The notes under the pieces were generated by a model, which saw only the letters and a program-made list of their open reading frames with translations, was not told the DNA's origin and did not search any database. A program made the translations under genes and the position numbers. Source: Methanoregula sp. (GTDB taxonomy: Archaea > Halobacteriota > Methanomicrobia > Methanomicrobiales > Methanospirillaceae). From it: a DNA stretch of 64,000 nt. Positions 18,695-29,212 of this stretch are shown one piece after another; position 1 is the first letter of the stretch, and each line of letters starts with the position of its first letter. The stretch spans positions 30,059 to 94,058 of the forward strand of contig JAJRBZ010000069.1 of the NCBI GenBank assembly GCA_028679185.1, in the 5' to 3' direction.

Positions 18695-19849
18695 ATGATG
18701 AGAAAAGTCTCCGTCTATTCAACCAAAAATTGTCCATATTGCCGGATGACTAAGGCGTTTCTGGAAAAACACGGGGTTCCTTATGAGAGCATAGATGTTG
18801 GCGAAGACAGTGATGCTGCAAAACATATGATTGAACTCTCTGGTCAGCGTGGTGTCCCTGTAATTGTTGTCGACACTGATGTGATAATCGGTTTTGATTC
18901 GCAGAAGTTAAATGAGCTTTTCGGAGAAGGTGTATCCGGTGAAGTTTTCGATGTCCTGATTGTTGGTGCAGGACCGGCAGGACTTACCGCAGGTGTTTAC
19001 TGTGCCAGAAAAATGTTGAATACGGTTATTATCAGTGAAAATATTGGCGGTCAGGCATTGGAATCCTGGGCAATTGAAAATTACATGGGCTACAGGATGA
19101 TAACCGGTGAAGATCTGATGAAAAAATTCGAAGAACAGGTTCTTACACTTAATATGAAGCTTGAACTTGACCGGATAGTCAGTATCTCAAAAAAAGACGA
19201 TATTTTTACCCTTACTACAATTTCGGAAAATACATATAAGGCAAAAACAGTAATTCTCGCTCAGGGGAACAGGCCGAAAAAACTTGGCGTGGCCAATGAG
19301 GAACAGTTTCTCGGACGTGGCCTGTCCATCTGTTCAACGTGTGATGGACCCTTATACCGGGGAAAACGGGTAGCTATTGTAGGTGGAGGCAATTCCGCAC
19401 TGCAGACAGCTGTGGAAATGAGTGAAATTGCGCAATCAGTACGCCTTCTCGTGCGTAGCAGTATACGGGCAGATCCGGCATACGTGAAGATGCTTGAATC
19501 AAAAAAGAACATTGAAGTGCTGTTAAACACGCAGGTAACCGCCCTTCACGGGAATAAGTTCCTCTCTGCGATCACTATCAGGAATGAAAAAGGTGAAGAG
19601 CAGAAAATCGATCTTGACGGGATTTTTATTGAAATCGGCTGGTTGCCCAATACCGATATTCTCAACGGGTTTGTTTCGCTGAATGAGAAAAAGGAGATCA
19701 TTGTAGATATTAACTGCCACACGAGCACTGAAGGGGTTTTTGCAGCCGGGGACGTCACATCAGTGAAAAGCAAGCAGATTATTATCGCTGCCGGAGACGG
19801 GGCAAAAGCAGCGCTTGAAGCTCATGAATATCTGCTAAAGTCTGCGTGA
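18695..19849 (+). CDS. Glutaredoxin/NrdH-thioredoxin reductase fusion
   Basis: N-terminal CPYC...GVPVI; GAGPAGLTA, CSTCDG, GGGNSA, GVFAAGDV. Confidence 0.92.
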   Translation: MMRKVSVYSTKNCPYCRMTKAFLEKHGVPYESIDVGEDSDAAKHMIELSGQRGVPVIVVDTDVIIGFDSQKLNELFGEGVSGEVFDVLIVGAGPAGLTAGVYCARKMLNTVIISENIGGQALESWAIENYMGYRMITGEDLMKKFEEQVLTLNMKLELDRIVSISKKDDIFTLTTISENTYKAKTVILAQGNRPKKLGVANEEQFLGRGLSICSTCDGPLYRGKRVAIVGGGNSALQTAVEMSEIAQSVRLLVRSSIRADPAYVKMLESKKNIEVLLNTQVTALHGNKFLSAITIRNEKGEEQKIDLDGIFIEIGWLPNTDILNGFVSLNEKKEIIVDINCHTSTEGVFAAGDVTSVKSKQIIIAAGDGAKAALEAHEYLLKSA

Positions 19850-19934
19850 CAATGATAAAATTCTGCATCATATTCTGCTGTAAATTAAAAAAGGTTAAAT
19901 ATTCCCCGAAAGAAAAAAGTCCTGGATTTTTGTC

Positions 19935-21413
19935 TTAATTGCCCGGAGGATCTGTCAAAGTACGCGTTTTCCTGTCTTTTTCCTTATATCCTTCAAGCAG
20001 TAAAGTTGTAATATTCTTCACCGGTTTATCAGTATGCCCGGCTATATGGAACTCACAAAAGGGGCAGGATGAGATGACAATATCTGCCCCGGTCTTTTTT
20101 ATTTCCTCGCCCCTTCGTTCACCCAGCGCTGCCGCTTCCTCGGGCATTCCGGATTTCACTCCCCCGCCTGAACCGCAACAGATGGAAGGCATATCGATAA
20201 GATCCACTACCTGCCTGATCAGCTGACGGGGTTGATCGTAAATACCCTGCCCGCGAAGGAGGTGGCAGGGATCGTGATAGGTGGCCCTGACAGGCAGGCG
20301 TTCCGGAGGTTCAATACCGTATTTGGTGAGCACTTCATTGATATCCATCACAACAAAGGGTGTCTTGTAATCATTTTTCAGCGTTGAGCCGCAACCGGCG
20401 CACATGGTCATAACCGTATCAATGTGACGGTTCCAAAAAGCATCGATGTTGCGTTTTTTGAGAGTATCAAGGAAGGCAAGCTGGCCGGTACGGATAAGCG
20501 GCGAGCCGCAGCAGATCTGTTCTTTGGGAATAATGACCCGGATACCGTTGCGTCTCAGTACTTCGATTGCATCAAGCGCTGTTTTGGGCAGACGCATGTT
20601 ATACATACAACCGATGAAGAATCCGACCGTTGCCTTCACCGGGCCTGTTGGTTCGATTACATCCGCGTTCATCAGTTCCATAAAGGTTGGTTCGATCCGA
20701 GTCACGGAACGCCCCGTTTCCTTTACAAGCGCTGCCACTTCCTGGTGCCGCGGGAGCGTGAGCCCTTTTTTGTTGGCAAAGTACCGGAGCTTCTCTATCG
20801 CCTTTCCTGGAATCTCGATCTCCTTTGGGCAGACCTTCCAGCAGGCCTGGCAGCTGGTGCATGTAAAGAGACCCTCCTGCACGGCAGCAGTTATCCGGTC
20901 ATCGATGTTTCGCGGGTCAAGAGCGAGGCGCATTTCCTGACGCATAGCCGTGGGTCCGAGAAACTTTATGACATCCATTGCCGGGCAAACCGATACGCAG
21001 CAGAGGCACTCTATACAATCCCTGAGCGGTTTTATTGCATCGATATCAGATTTTTTAGGCATTTTTTGGGCATCAGATGGTTTCAGTGATGCAATCGTTT
21101 CAAGCGTGGGTACAAGATCCACAACAAGATCCTTTTTCACTGGCAGATTCAGGGGTTCGATGGTGATTTTGTCCCTCGCTTCTTCCATGCAGGCAAGTAC
21201 AGGTTCTCTGTTTACTCGTACAGCACAGCTCCCGCATTGCCCCGAGCCGCAGCAGTACCTGTATGAAAGTGTCGGATCCAGTGTATCGTGAATGGCATGG
21301 AGGAGATGGAGAACGCGGGCCCCTTCATTTACCTCCACAGTATACTCCTCAAAATGAGCCTCTCTGTCCTTCTCTTTGTCGAAGCGGTATACTCTCGCTG
21401 TGATCTTTCTCAT
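19935..21413 (-). CDS. tfrB: Thiol:fumarate reductase subunit B (2Fe-2S + 4Fe-4S + two CCG domains)
   Basis: YCCGSGQCGSC, CIECLCCVSVCP, CTSCQACWKVCP, CCGSPL and CCGSGGG. Confidence 0.92.
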   Translation of the reverse strand: MRKITARVYRFDKEKDREAHFEEYTVEVNEGARVLHLLHAIHDTLDPTLSYRYCCGSGQCGSCAVRVNREPVLACMEEARDKITIEPLNLPVKKDLVVDLVPTLETIASLKPSDAQKMPKKSDIDAIKPLRDCIECLCCVSVCPAMDVIKFLGPTAMRQEMRLALDPRNIDDRITAAVQEGLFTCTSCQACWKVCPKEIEIPGKAIEKLRYFANKKGLTLPRHQEVAALVKETGRSVTRIEPTFMELMNADVIEPTGPVKATVGFFIGCMYNMRLPKTALDAIEVLRRNGIRVIIPKEQICCGSPLIRTGQLAFLDTLKKRNIDAFWNRHIDTVMTMCAGCGSTLKNDYKTPFVVMDINEVLTKYGIEPPERLPVRATYHDPCHLLRGQGIYDQPRQLIRQVVDLIDMPSICCGSGGGVKSGMPEEAAALGERRGEEIKKTGADIVISSCPFCEFHIAGHTDKPVKNITTLLLEGYKEKDRKTRTLTDPPGN

Positions 21414-23038
21414 GCCAGACCCCCGATGTTCTCAATTCCCTCTCTGAAGGGAGACATAAACGTATGAAGGAAAGGCGAGTGTATTGCATCATGTGTCTGG
21501 TGAATATCGACCCGCAGATGCGCCCCCCGGGATTCTTTCCTGATCAGTGCACTCCTGCAGATAAGCGATGCGGTCAGGCACATATTCCGGACGATGCAGC
21601 ATTCAGCAAGGTTCCTGAGAGATTCAGCCCTTATTGGGGCAAGAGACAGGTTATTGACGATTCTCAAAGTCTTATTAAGATCTGTTGCGTTCCGGAAGAT
21701 CCCGGCACCCTGCCACATTGACTGCTGGAGCAGCGTCCGGACCCCGGCCGGATTCTCGCTTCCTGTAAGGAATGCATCAATATACGCAAGTTTCCGCTTA
21801 ATCTGTTCACTATCCACTTTTTTTATCCGTTTTTCTGATTTTCCTGCAAATTCCCCGGCCCGTTTCCCAAAGACTTGCGTTTCGGCAAGGGCATTGCCTC
21901 CAAGTCTGTTCGCCCCGTGTACACCACCGGCAACCTCACCGCAGGCAAAAAGCCCGCTCAGTGTAGTACGGCACTCCGTCGTTATCCTCAGTCCTCCCAT
22001 GATATGATGAGCTGTAGGGGCTACTTCCATCGGCTGATTCCGGATATCCACACCGAATTTTAAGAACTGCTCGAGCATCACCGGCAGCCGGGTCTCGATC
22101 TGCTCACGGGGAAGATGCGTGACATCGAGATATACACCGCCGTTCTTTGTTCCCCGTCCGGCCTGGATTTCCGTTGCTATCGCACGTGCCACGACGTCCC
22201 GGGTAGATAGTTCCATCCGTTCGGGATCGTACTGTTTCATGAACCGCTCGCAGATATTATTAAGCAGGAGGCCTCCTTCACCCCTCACTGCCTCTGTTAC
22301 CAGTCTTCCCCGTGCATCGTAAGGGAACACTGCACCCGTCGGATGAAACTGGATCATCTCCATATCAATGAGTTCTGCACCAGCCCGGTAGCCGATTGCA
22401 AAACCATCCCCGGTTCCGCTCGATGAATTTGTGGAAATATCATATACTTTTGTGCCCCCGCCGGTTGCAAGCACCGTGCTGTCTGCCTTTAGCAATACAA
22501 TATTGCCTTTCTCGTCCAGTGCTATTGCACCGATGACTGATTCACCATTTTTAAGCAAGTCGAGAACAGTAAATTCCTGCAGTGAGGAAACATTCGATGA
22601 ATCCAGCCGTTCAACTAAGGTGGTCATCATCTCATGGCCGGTCCGGTCACCTGCATAACAGGTTCGCGGGAACTGCTGCCCTCCAAACGGGCGCTGGGCG
22701 ACCTCATCGTTTTCCGTAAAATCAAAGACCGCACCCCACTTTATGAGATCGCCCATCCGCAACGGGGCTTCTTTAACAAGTATATTTACGAGTTCGGGAT
22801 CATTGAGGTACGCCCCGCCTTTGAGCGTGTCCTCAAAATGGATCCCGCACGAGTCCTGTTCCCGGAGGACTGCATTATAGCCGCCCTCAGCCATGGTGGT
22901 ACATCCACCTTTACCGACAATGGTCTTTGAAATAAGCACCGTGTCGCCATATTGTGATGCCTCTATGGCTGCCCTCACACCTGCACCACCGCTCCCGATT
23001 ACCAGTACATGGCAATCCACCACCTCATCTGCAAGCAT
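21410..23038 (-). CDS. tfrA: Thiol:fumarate reductase flavoprotein subunit A
   Basis: IGSGGAG, AEGG, QFHPTG, TEAVRGEGG, HHIMGG, HGANRLGGN, ESRGAH. Confidence 0.93.
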   Translation of the reverse strand: MLADEVVDCHVLVIGSGGAGVRAAIEASQYGDTVLISKTIVGKGGCTTMAEGGYNAVLREQDSCGIHFEDTLKGGAYLNDPELVNILVKEAPLRMGDLIKWGAVFDFTENDEVAQRPFGGQQFPRTCYAGDRTGHEMMTTLVERLDSSNVSSLQEFTVLDLLKNGESVIGAIALDEKGNIVLLKADSTVLATGGGTKVYDISTNSSSGTGDGFAIGYRAGAELIDMEMIQFHPTGAVFPYDARGRLVTEAVRGEGGLLLNNICERFMKQYDPERMELSTRDVVARAIATEIQAGRGTKNGGVYLDVTHLPREQIETRLPVMLEQFLKFGVDIRNQPMEVAPTAHHIMGGLRITTECRTTLSGLFACGEVAGGVHGANRLGGNALAETQVFGKRAGEFAGKSEKRIKKVDSEQIKRKLAYIDAFLTGSENPAGVRTLLQQSMWQGAGIFRNATDLNKTLRIVNNLSLAPIRAESLRNLAECCIVRNMCLTASLICRSALIRKESRGAHLRVDIHQTHDAIHSPFLHTFMSPFREGIENIGGLA

Positions 23039-23099
23039 CTTATTATTTTGTGGATCGTATAGTTACATAAATAAATGGCACAGCCAAAGTGAGACAGAA

Positions 23100-24500
23100 A
23101 TGAGATTATTAATGAAATTCGGCGGAACTTCGGTTGCTGATGCACAATGCATCAGACACGTCGCAGACATTTTGGAACAACATCACAGGCACGGAGACGA
23201 ACTGGCAGTTGTGGTATCCGCACAGCGTGGTGTGACCGACCAGCTCATTGAAATCACCACCAGACTTCCAACAGCAAAAGATGATTCCGCCATCGCACCC
23301 CTGATCCAGGCACTGGGAACAAGACATATGACCACTCTTGAAGGTGTTGCACCTGATTATATTGCTGAAACAGGTGCAGTCATCGAGGAACGCCTCATCA
23401 GTCTCCAGAACATACTTTTTGCGGTGTATAACCTGCGGGAGCTTACCCCCCGTTCAAAGGATTACATCATCTCCTTTGGGGAACGCCTGCTCGCCCCTGT
23501 CCTGAGCACAGCTCTCCGCCAGCGGGGCATCCCTTCAACCGTACTGGATGGTTGTGATGCCGGCATACTGACAACCCCTCAACATGGTGAATCTACCGCA
23601 CTCCTTGAAAGTGATGACAGGATAAAAAAACGGATGGGCCCCCTGCTCGAAAAAGAAATTCCAGTCATCATGGGATTTATGGGGTGTACCAGAGGCGGTA
23701 TTGTGACAACCCTTGGCAGGAGCGGTTCGGATTACTCCGCATCAATTATTGGAGCAGGTATAGACGCGGATGAAATCTGGATCTGGACAGATGTAGACGG
23801 TATAATGACATGCGACCCAAGAGTAATCAACGATGCAAGGGTCATGCCTTCGCTGTCCTACAGTGAAGTGATGGAGCTCTCTTACTTTGGTGCAAAAGTA
23901 ATGCACCCGCGTTCTATAGAACCTGCAATGCGGAAAAATATCCTTGTCCGGGTAAAAAATACCTTCAATCCCTCTCATCCCGGAACGGTAATTGTACGGA
24001 ACGGGCAACAGGATAACCGGATTGTCAAAGCACTGACCTATATCGACAAAGTCGCTGCAATAAATATCAATGGAGCCCAGATGATTGGGAGACCTGGAGT
24101 AGCAAAAGCAATTTTCACTATACTTGCGGATCACGAAGTGAACGTGATGATGATATCGCAGGGATCATCAGAAGCCAATATCTCGCTTATCGTTGATGAA
24201 GCGCACCTCAATACTGCTGTACATGCTCTTTCAGATCTGGTAAAGCAGGGGATCGTGCGGGAAGTCACTCACAATCATGATGTGTGTGCCGTTGCCGTTG
24301 TCGGTGCCGGTATGGCCGGTGCACCGGGTACCGGGGGCAGGATCTTCACAGCACTTGGAAAAAACCGCGTTAATGTGATGATGATATCGCAGGGATCATC
24401 CGAGGCCAATATCTCCTTTGTCGTGAGTCAGCAGGATGGCCCAAGGGCGGTTCGCGTGCTCCACGACGAATTCAGGTTAGCGGAGGAGTCCGATGAATAG
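23100..24500 (+). CDS. Aspartate kinase with two ACT domains
   Basis: MKFGGTSV, TTLGRSGSDYSA, WTDVDG, DPR; start re-called at ATG 23100. Confidence 0.95.
   Translation: MRLLMKFGGTSVADAQCIRHVADILEQHHRHGDELAVVVSAQRGVTDQLIEITTRLPTAKDDSAIAPLIQALGTRHMTTLEGVAPDYIAETGAVIEERLISLQNILFAVYNLRELTPRSKDYIISFGERLLAPVLSTALRQRGIPSTVLDGCDAGILTTPQHGESTALLESDDRIKKRMGPLLEKEIPVIMGFMGCTRGGIVTTLGRSGSDYSASIIGAGIDADEIWIWTDVDGIMTCDPRVINDARVMPSLSYSEVMELSYFGAKVMHPRSIEPAMRKNILVRVKNTFNPSHPGTVIVRNGQQDNRIVKALTYIDKVAAININGAQMIGRPGVAKAIFTILADHEVNVMMISQGSSEANISLIVDEAHLNTAVHALSDLVKQGIVREVTHNHDVCAVAVVGAGMAGAPGTGGRIFTALGKNRVNVMMISQGSSEANISFVVSQQDGPRAVRVLHDEFRLAEESDE
24144..24415 (+). repeat. Internal near-identical DNA repeat between the two ACT domains of aspartate kinase
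   Basis: GTGATGATGATATCGCAGGGATCATC is identical at 24144-24169 and 24375-24400; 39/41 nt match when extended. Confidence 0.85.
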
Positions 24501-25485
24501 CACCACGTACCGTGAGGCGGGAGTTGACATTGATCTCGAAGCAACAGCTATCAGGGCTCTGATAAAAAACCTGACTTACAAAAGGAAAGGCAGTTTCAGG
24601 ATGGTTGGCGGTGTTGGTCACTATGCCGGACTCATCGATTTTGGTGAGATGGTACTCGCTCTGACCACAGATGGTGTAGGGACAAAAATGCTGGTCGCTG
24701 ATCATATGCAGGACTGGAGCACGGTAGGTATAGACTGCATTGCGATGAACGTTAATGATCTCTATGTGATGAATGTGGAACCTGTCGCGTTCGTGGACTA
24801 CATCGCTACTGACAAACTCTCCATCGATAAGATGGCGCAGATTGGCATCGGATTAAATGAAGGAGCCCGCCAGGCAAACATTGATATCGTTGGTGGCGAG
24901 ACAGCATCGCTGCGTGGTCTTGTCAATGGTCTTGACCTTGCAGGCACCTGTCTCGGGATACAGAAAAAGGACAAAATAATCACCGGCAATTCAATACAAC
25001 CCGGTGATAAAATCATCGGGGTGCCCTCAACCGGAGTCCACAGCAACGGGCTTTCACTTGCGCGGACGGTAGTAGAAAAATACGCGGATTACAATGAAAG
25101 ACTGAAGAACGGAAGGACACTTGGTGAAGAACTCCTCACCCCAACAAGGATCTACTATGAAAGCCTGCAGGTAGCATCGGCATGCACAGTGCACGGGATG
25201 TGCCATATTACAGGAGGGGGGCTGCTCAACTTCAGGCGGCTTAGCCGGTATGGGTTCCTGATCGATACACCAATTACACCCCCGGAAATCTTCTCATGGA
25301 TCCAGAAGACGGGAGATATCTCTCAAATGGAGATGTACCGTACATTCAACATGGGAATGGGATATGCATACGTGGTACCAACCGAAAGTGTTGCAGGTGT
25401 GCAGAACATTGTCAGAGGGGCAAAAACCGTGGGTGAAATTACCGAGGAACCTGGAACATGGCTCCCGGATATTGAAATTACGTAA
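24493..25485 (+). CDS. purM: Phosphoribosylformylglycinamidine cyclo-ligase
   Basis: TYREAGVD, TDGVGTK, GGETA, HSNG, HITGGG, TFNMGMG. Confidence 0.96.
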   Translation: MNSTTYREAGVDIDLEATAIRALIKNLTYKRKGSFRMVGGVGHYAGLIDFGEMVLALTTDGVGTKMLVADHMQDWSTVGIDCIAMNVNDLYVMNVEPVAFVDYIATDKLSIDKMAQIGIGLNEGARQANIDIVGGETASLRGLVNGLDLAGTCLGIQKKDKIITGNSIQPGDKIIGVPSTGVHSNGLSLARTVVEKYADYNERLKNGRTLGEELLTPTRIYYESLQVASACTVHGMCHITGGGLLNFRRLSRYGFLIDTPITPPEIFSWIQKTGDISQMEMYRTFNMGMGYAYVVPTESVAGVQNIVRGAKTVGEITEEPGTWLPDIEIT

Positions 25486-25494
25486 AATTAATGG

Positions 25495-26022
25495 CTATTG
25501 TTCTTGATCTATGAAATAAACGCTCTTTTGGGCTTTGTCTGCAATGATGGCACTGTTGCCACACCGATCTTCGAGTATGAGTGTTATGGGGACTGTCCCA
25601 TTTTTCACGCCGGCAATTTCCCCCAGAAGTTTCTGTGCATTTCCCCTTTCCGTATCATCACCCCAGAGCAAAGCTCCCTTAAGAATACGTTCGACACGAT
25701 CAAGGACGCCTTCAATATTTGACACAAAACCCTGGCATGCCGGACCAGGATCTATTCGTACACCCAGCTCCGGAATTTCAAGGCTTGCGCTCATGCTCCG
25801 GATTACACGAATCGCAAGATCTTCTTCTCGTTCAACCTTCAGCTCGTACCGGACAGGTTCTTTATCCCTTAAAAGCTGGGTATCGACATATTTGTATCCG
25901 CATGAACTGCAGATGGCAGAAACGATCAGAAGATCGGAAAAATAAGGGATATTTTCTGTCTGGTAAATATATTCGATTTCAGTATTGCAACAAGGACAAG
26001 GACCCAAAACGCCAGTTCGCAA
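25495..26022 (-). CDS. ZPR1-type zinc finger protein
   Basis: CPCC...IPYF...CSSCGYK, GFVSNIEGVL, GNSAII. Confidence 0.92.
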   Translation of the reverse strand: MRTGVLGPCPCCNTEIEYIYQTENIPYFSDLLIVSAICSSCGYKYVDTQLLRDKEPVRYELKVEREEDLAIRVIRSMSASLEIPELGVRIDPGPACQGFVSNIEGVLDRVERILKGALLWGDDTERGNAQKLLGEIAGVKNGTVPITLILEDRCGNSAIIADKAQKSVYFIDQEQ

Positions 26023-26024
26023 CT

Positions 26025-26393
26025 TTATGCTCCACCTATCTTGTCGCGGGAAATTTTTACCGACATAGGAGTGAGCACGACATACCGCTGGTCTCCAAGA
26101 CCAATAATGTCCCCGTTAACATCCTTTGCCACTTCTTTTAAGTCTTTTAAAACCCGCTCATAGGATATCTTATCCATTTTTAACCGGGAAATATCGACAA
26201 TCACAATATTTCCGCTGTAAACCTCATCCTTGACACGAGGGGTGTCCTTGAGATCATTGATGGTAGCAATCTTAACGAGCAGTGCCGGGGCAGAACTTCC
26301 ATGCTCTTCATATGATGCAAGGTCAAGCTCCATGTAATCATCGTCCGAATGTGCGGAACTCTTTCCAAGAAGGGTGTCAATGATTTTAACCAT
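26025..26393 (-). CDS. sepF: Cell division protein SepF
   Basis: VYSGNIVIVDIS...VNGDIIGLG...VVLTPMSVKI. Confidence 0.9.
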   Translation of the reverse strand: MVKIIDTLLGKSSAHSDDDYMELDLASYEEHGSSAPALLVKIATINDLKDTPRVKDEVYSGNIVIVDISRLKMDKISYERVLKDLKEVAKDVNGDIIGLGDQRYVVLTPMSVKISRDKIGGA

Positions 26394-26515
26394 AAAAAAA
26401 CTGTATGGTGAAACTTATTTAATAGTATCTATTTTGAAAGCATCTTTCAGGTTTTTTTTCCATTAAATAGAGAAAAAGACTGGTTTTTCGCATAATCGAT
26501 TCAGGCCCTTCAGAG

Positions 26516-27016
26516 TTAGATTTCCAGGTTCCATATCTCATCGCTGACGTGATGAAAATTTTTACACATCTTACCTGAACAACTGGCACGCATATCCGGC
26601 GCGTCAAACAGCGCTATTCCGATCGCAAGAGGTTTTCCATGCCGCTCATCAACGATCTGGACCGGTCCCTGGGCCTTTATGTCATCAGTAATTGACACGA
26701 TGCCCGGCCGCATGATATCAGCCCCGTTGACTACATATGGTATTGCACCTGCATCCACCACCACCCTGCGTTCAGGAAAGGGGAATTGTATTGCACCTTT
26801 TAAGGTAGGGAATACCCAGTTACCGGTATCCATCAGGAATGGTTTTTTGTTAACCATGAACAATGAAAAATCGGCGTTGGTCTCAAGCACTTCAATCATA
26901 TCCGTATAAAAAAATTTTGCTGAACTCCCTATCTGGTCAGAAAGCCGGGCTAAAAGATCCTGCGCCTGGCTTTTCCGGATGGTATGACGTTTTTTTACGA
27001 CAATTTTTTTCATCAT
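26516..27016 (-). CDS. PUA-domain RNA-binding protein (DUF1947 type)
   Basis: FPTLKG, VVVDAGAIPYVVNGADIMRPGI, NFHHVSD. Confidence 0.9.
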   Translation of the reverse strand: MMKKIVVKKRHTIRKSQAQDLLARLSDQIGSSAKFFYTDMIEVLETNADFSLFMVNKKPFLMDTGNWVFPTLKGAIQFPFPERRVVVDAGAIPYVVNGADIMRPGIVSITDDIKAQGPVQIVDERHGKPLAIGIALFDAPDMRASCSGKMCKNFHHVSDEIWNLEI

Positions 27017-27213
27017 TACAATTCCTACATTCATATTTACCGCTTGAAAAAAATTTGCATGGTAAAATTATGGATATGTACAACATATGATGGAACTGCC
27101 ATGCTATCTCAAAAAGATCAGAAAAATTATTGGCTCATCCAGATCTACGGTATGTTTAAGTAAACAGCTCACACACATATATTACTCCAGAGCGATGGTA
27201 ACAGGGTATTATT

Positions 27214-27444
27214 ATGACCAAAAGGCCGTTGGATATTTTGGATCAGGTGCTGAATCGTCAGCCCGTTATTGTATCTCTCAAAGGCGGGAGAGAAATCAGG
27301 GGCATTCTCCAGGGATATGATGTTCATATGAACCTCGTGCTTGATAAGGCGGAGGAAGTGGAGAAAGGACAGGTTCAGAAGGTAGGCACGCTCATCGTCC
27401 GTGGGGATAATGTAATCTATATCTCCCCGTCACTGGAACAATAA
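27214..27444 (+). CDS. Sm-like (Lsm/SmAP1) protein
   Basis: Sm1 [14 protein letters not shown] and Sm2 IVRGDNV. Confidence 0.95.
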   Translation: MTKRPLDILDQVLNRQPVIVSLKGGREIRGILQGYDVHMNLVLDKAEEVEKGQVQKVGTLIVRGDNVIYISPSLEQ

Positions 27445-27455
27445 GGTGAAGTAAC

Positions 27456-27638
27456 ATGTCAAAAGGCACTCCATCAATGGGAAAAATGAACAAATTTACC
27501 CATGTCGCCTGCAGGCGATGTGGAAAAATTTCATTTCACGCCCAGAAAAAACAATGTTCTGCCTGCGGTTTTGGAAGAAGCTCCAAAATGCGCAGCTACA
27601 AGTGGACCACAAAGAGACCAAAAATTCCAACGCATTAG
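27456..27638 (+). CDS. rpl37e: 50S ribosomal protein L37e
   Basis: MSKGTPSMG...CRRCG...CSACGFG. Confidence 0.96.
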   Translation: MSKGTPSMGKMNKFTHVACRRCGKISFHAQKKQCSACGFGRSSKMRSYKWTTKRPKIPTH

Positions 27639-27647
27639 AGTTGCATC

Positions 27648-29078
27648 ATGTGTGGTATCGTTGGCATCGTCGATGCTGGCGGTGTATCCATCCAGCTTTA
27701 TTACTCCCTGTACGCCCTCCAGCACCGGGGCCAGGAAAGCGCCGGGATTTCTACTTATGATGGCACAAACCTCCAGAAATTTAAGGGACAGGGGCTTGTA
27801 GCCGATGTTTTTTCCCCCTCTGTTTTAAACGACCTGAAAGGTAACACCGGGATCGGACATGTCCGTTATCCGACGACCGGGTCAAACCTGCCTGAGAATA
27901 TCCAGCCCCTCAATTTCCAGTTTAAGGATCATTTTATCTCAATTGTCCATAATGGAAACCTTGTAAACACTGCTGAACTCAGAGCTGAATATGAGCAGGC
28001 AGGCCAAATCTTCACAACGACGACTGACACGGAGATCATAGCAAAGATCCTTATTGACGATATTGGTAATACCGGATGTGTTGAGGATGCTGTTAACCGC
28101 TGCATGCGGAAACTCAGGGGATCTTATTCCGTCGTGATGATGATTGACGGAATCATCTATGCCTTCCGGGACCCGTTGGGAATAAAGCCGTTCTGCATAG
28201 GTAAGACGGATCACGGGTACATGGTTGCATCCGAAAGCGTGGCTGTTGATGCCCTGAACGGAAAATTCATGCGGGACGTACGTCCCGGGGAACTCATCAG
28301 AATTGATGCTGATGGTATTAAGTGCAACCAGGTAGCTATTGCAGGCAAGCGTGCGCACTGCATCTTTGAATACATATATTTTGCGCGTGCTGACGCAGTC
28401 ATTGATGGAGTCCTTGTCTATGATGTCCGGCGGACAATCGGGCAAAAACTCTATGAAGAGAATCCTGTTGCTGCAGATTCAGTCTGTTCTGTTCCCGATT
28501 CAGGGACAGCTTATGCTATCGGATACGCGGAACGTTCAAAGATCCCGTTTGTTGAGTCAATGATGAAGAACCGGTATATGGGACGCACGTTCATCATGCC
28601 GACTCAGAAGGAGCGCGAAAAAGCGGTAAGAATAAAACTCAATCCTATCCCTGCACACTTAAAGGATAAGTCCGTGGTACTTGTCGATGATAGTATTGTG
28701 CGGGGAACCACTTCGCGCAGAATTATCACCATGATGCGGGAAGCAGGTGCACGGGAGATCCACATGCGTATCGGTTCACCGGCAATCAAAGCTCCCTGCT
28801 ACCTGGGTGTTGATATGCCCACAAGAGAAGAGCTGATCGCGAGCAACAGGATCGAGGAAGAGGTAAGGCACAGTATTACTGCTACAACTCTCCATCATGT
28901 CTCACTGTCTGCGCTGGTTGACGCAATTGGATTTGACCGGGAAAATCTTTGCATGGGTTGTCTAACGGGGTGCTATCCTCTCCAGATCGAAGGTGAGAAA
29001 GCAAAGATGCGTCAGGTTGATTTTATTGATGGGACCTACCAGTCCAAGCTCGTATCGTTTGATGACGGAAGCACCTGA
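27648..29078 (+). CDS. purF: Amidophosphoribosyltransferase
   Basis: MCGI, QHRGQESAG, HNGNL, CIFEYIYFAR, VDDSIVRGTT. Confidence 0.97.
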   Translation: MCGIVGIVDAGGVSIQLYYSLYALQHRGQESAGISTYDGTNLQKFKGQGLVADVFSPSVLNDLKGNTGIGHVRYPTTGSNLPENIQPLNFQFKDHFISIVHNGNLVNTAELRAEYEQAGQIFTTTTDTEIIAKILIDDIGNTGCVEDAVNRCMRKLRGSYSVVMMIDGIIYAFRDPLGIKPFCIGKTDHGYMVASESVAVDALNGKFMRDVRPGELIRIDADGIKCNQVAIAGKRAHCIFEYIYFARADAVIDGVLVYDVRRTIGQKLYEENPVAADSVCSVPDSGTAYAIGYAERSKIPFVESMMKNRYMGRTFIMPTQKEREKAVRIKLNPIPAHLKDKSVVLVDDSIVRGTTSRRIITMMREAGAREIHMRIGSPAIKAPCYLGVDMPTREELIASNRIEEEVRHSITATTLHHVSLSALVDAIGFDRENLCMGCLTGCYPLQIEGEKAKMRQVDFIDGTYQSKLVSFDDGST

Positions 29079-29212
29079 ACCACCTTCATGATTCTTTTAT
29101 TTAACAAAAACAAGAACTCTTACGGATCACACGTGAAATATTTTTTTGTTTCTCATGAGCAAAAAGTAAAGTATCCAGGAGCGATTTTTCATTCCGGCAT
29201 AAGCAGGAATTC

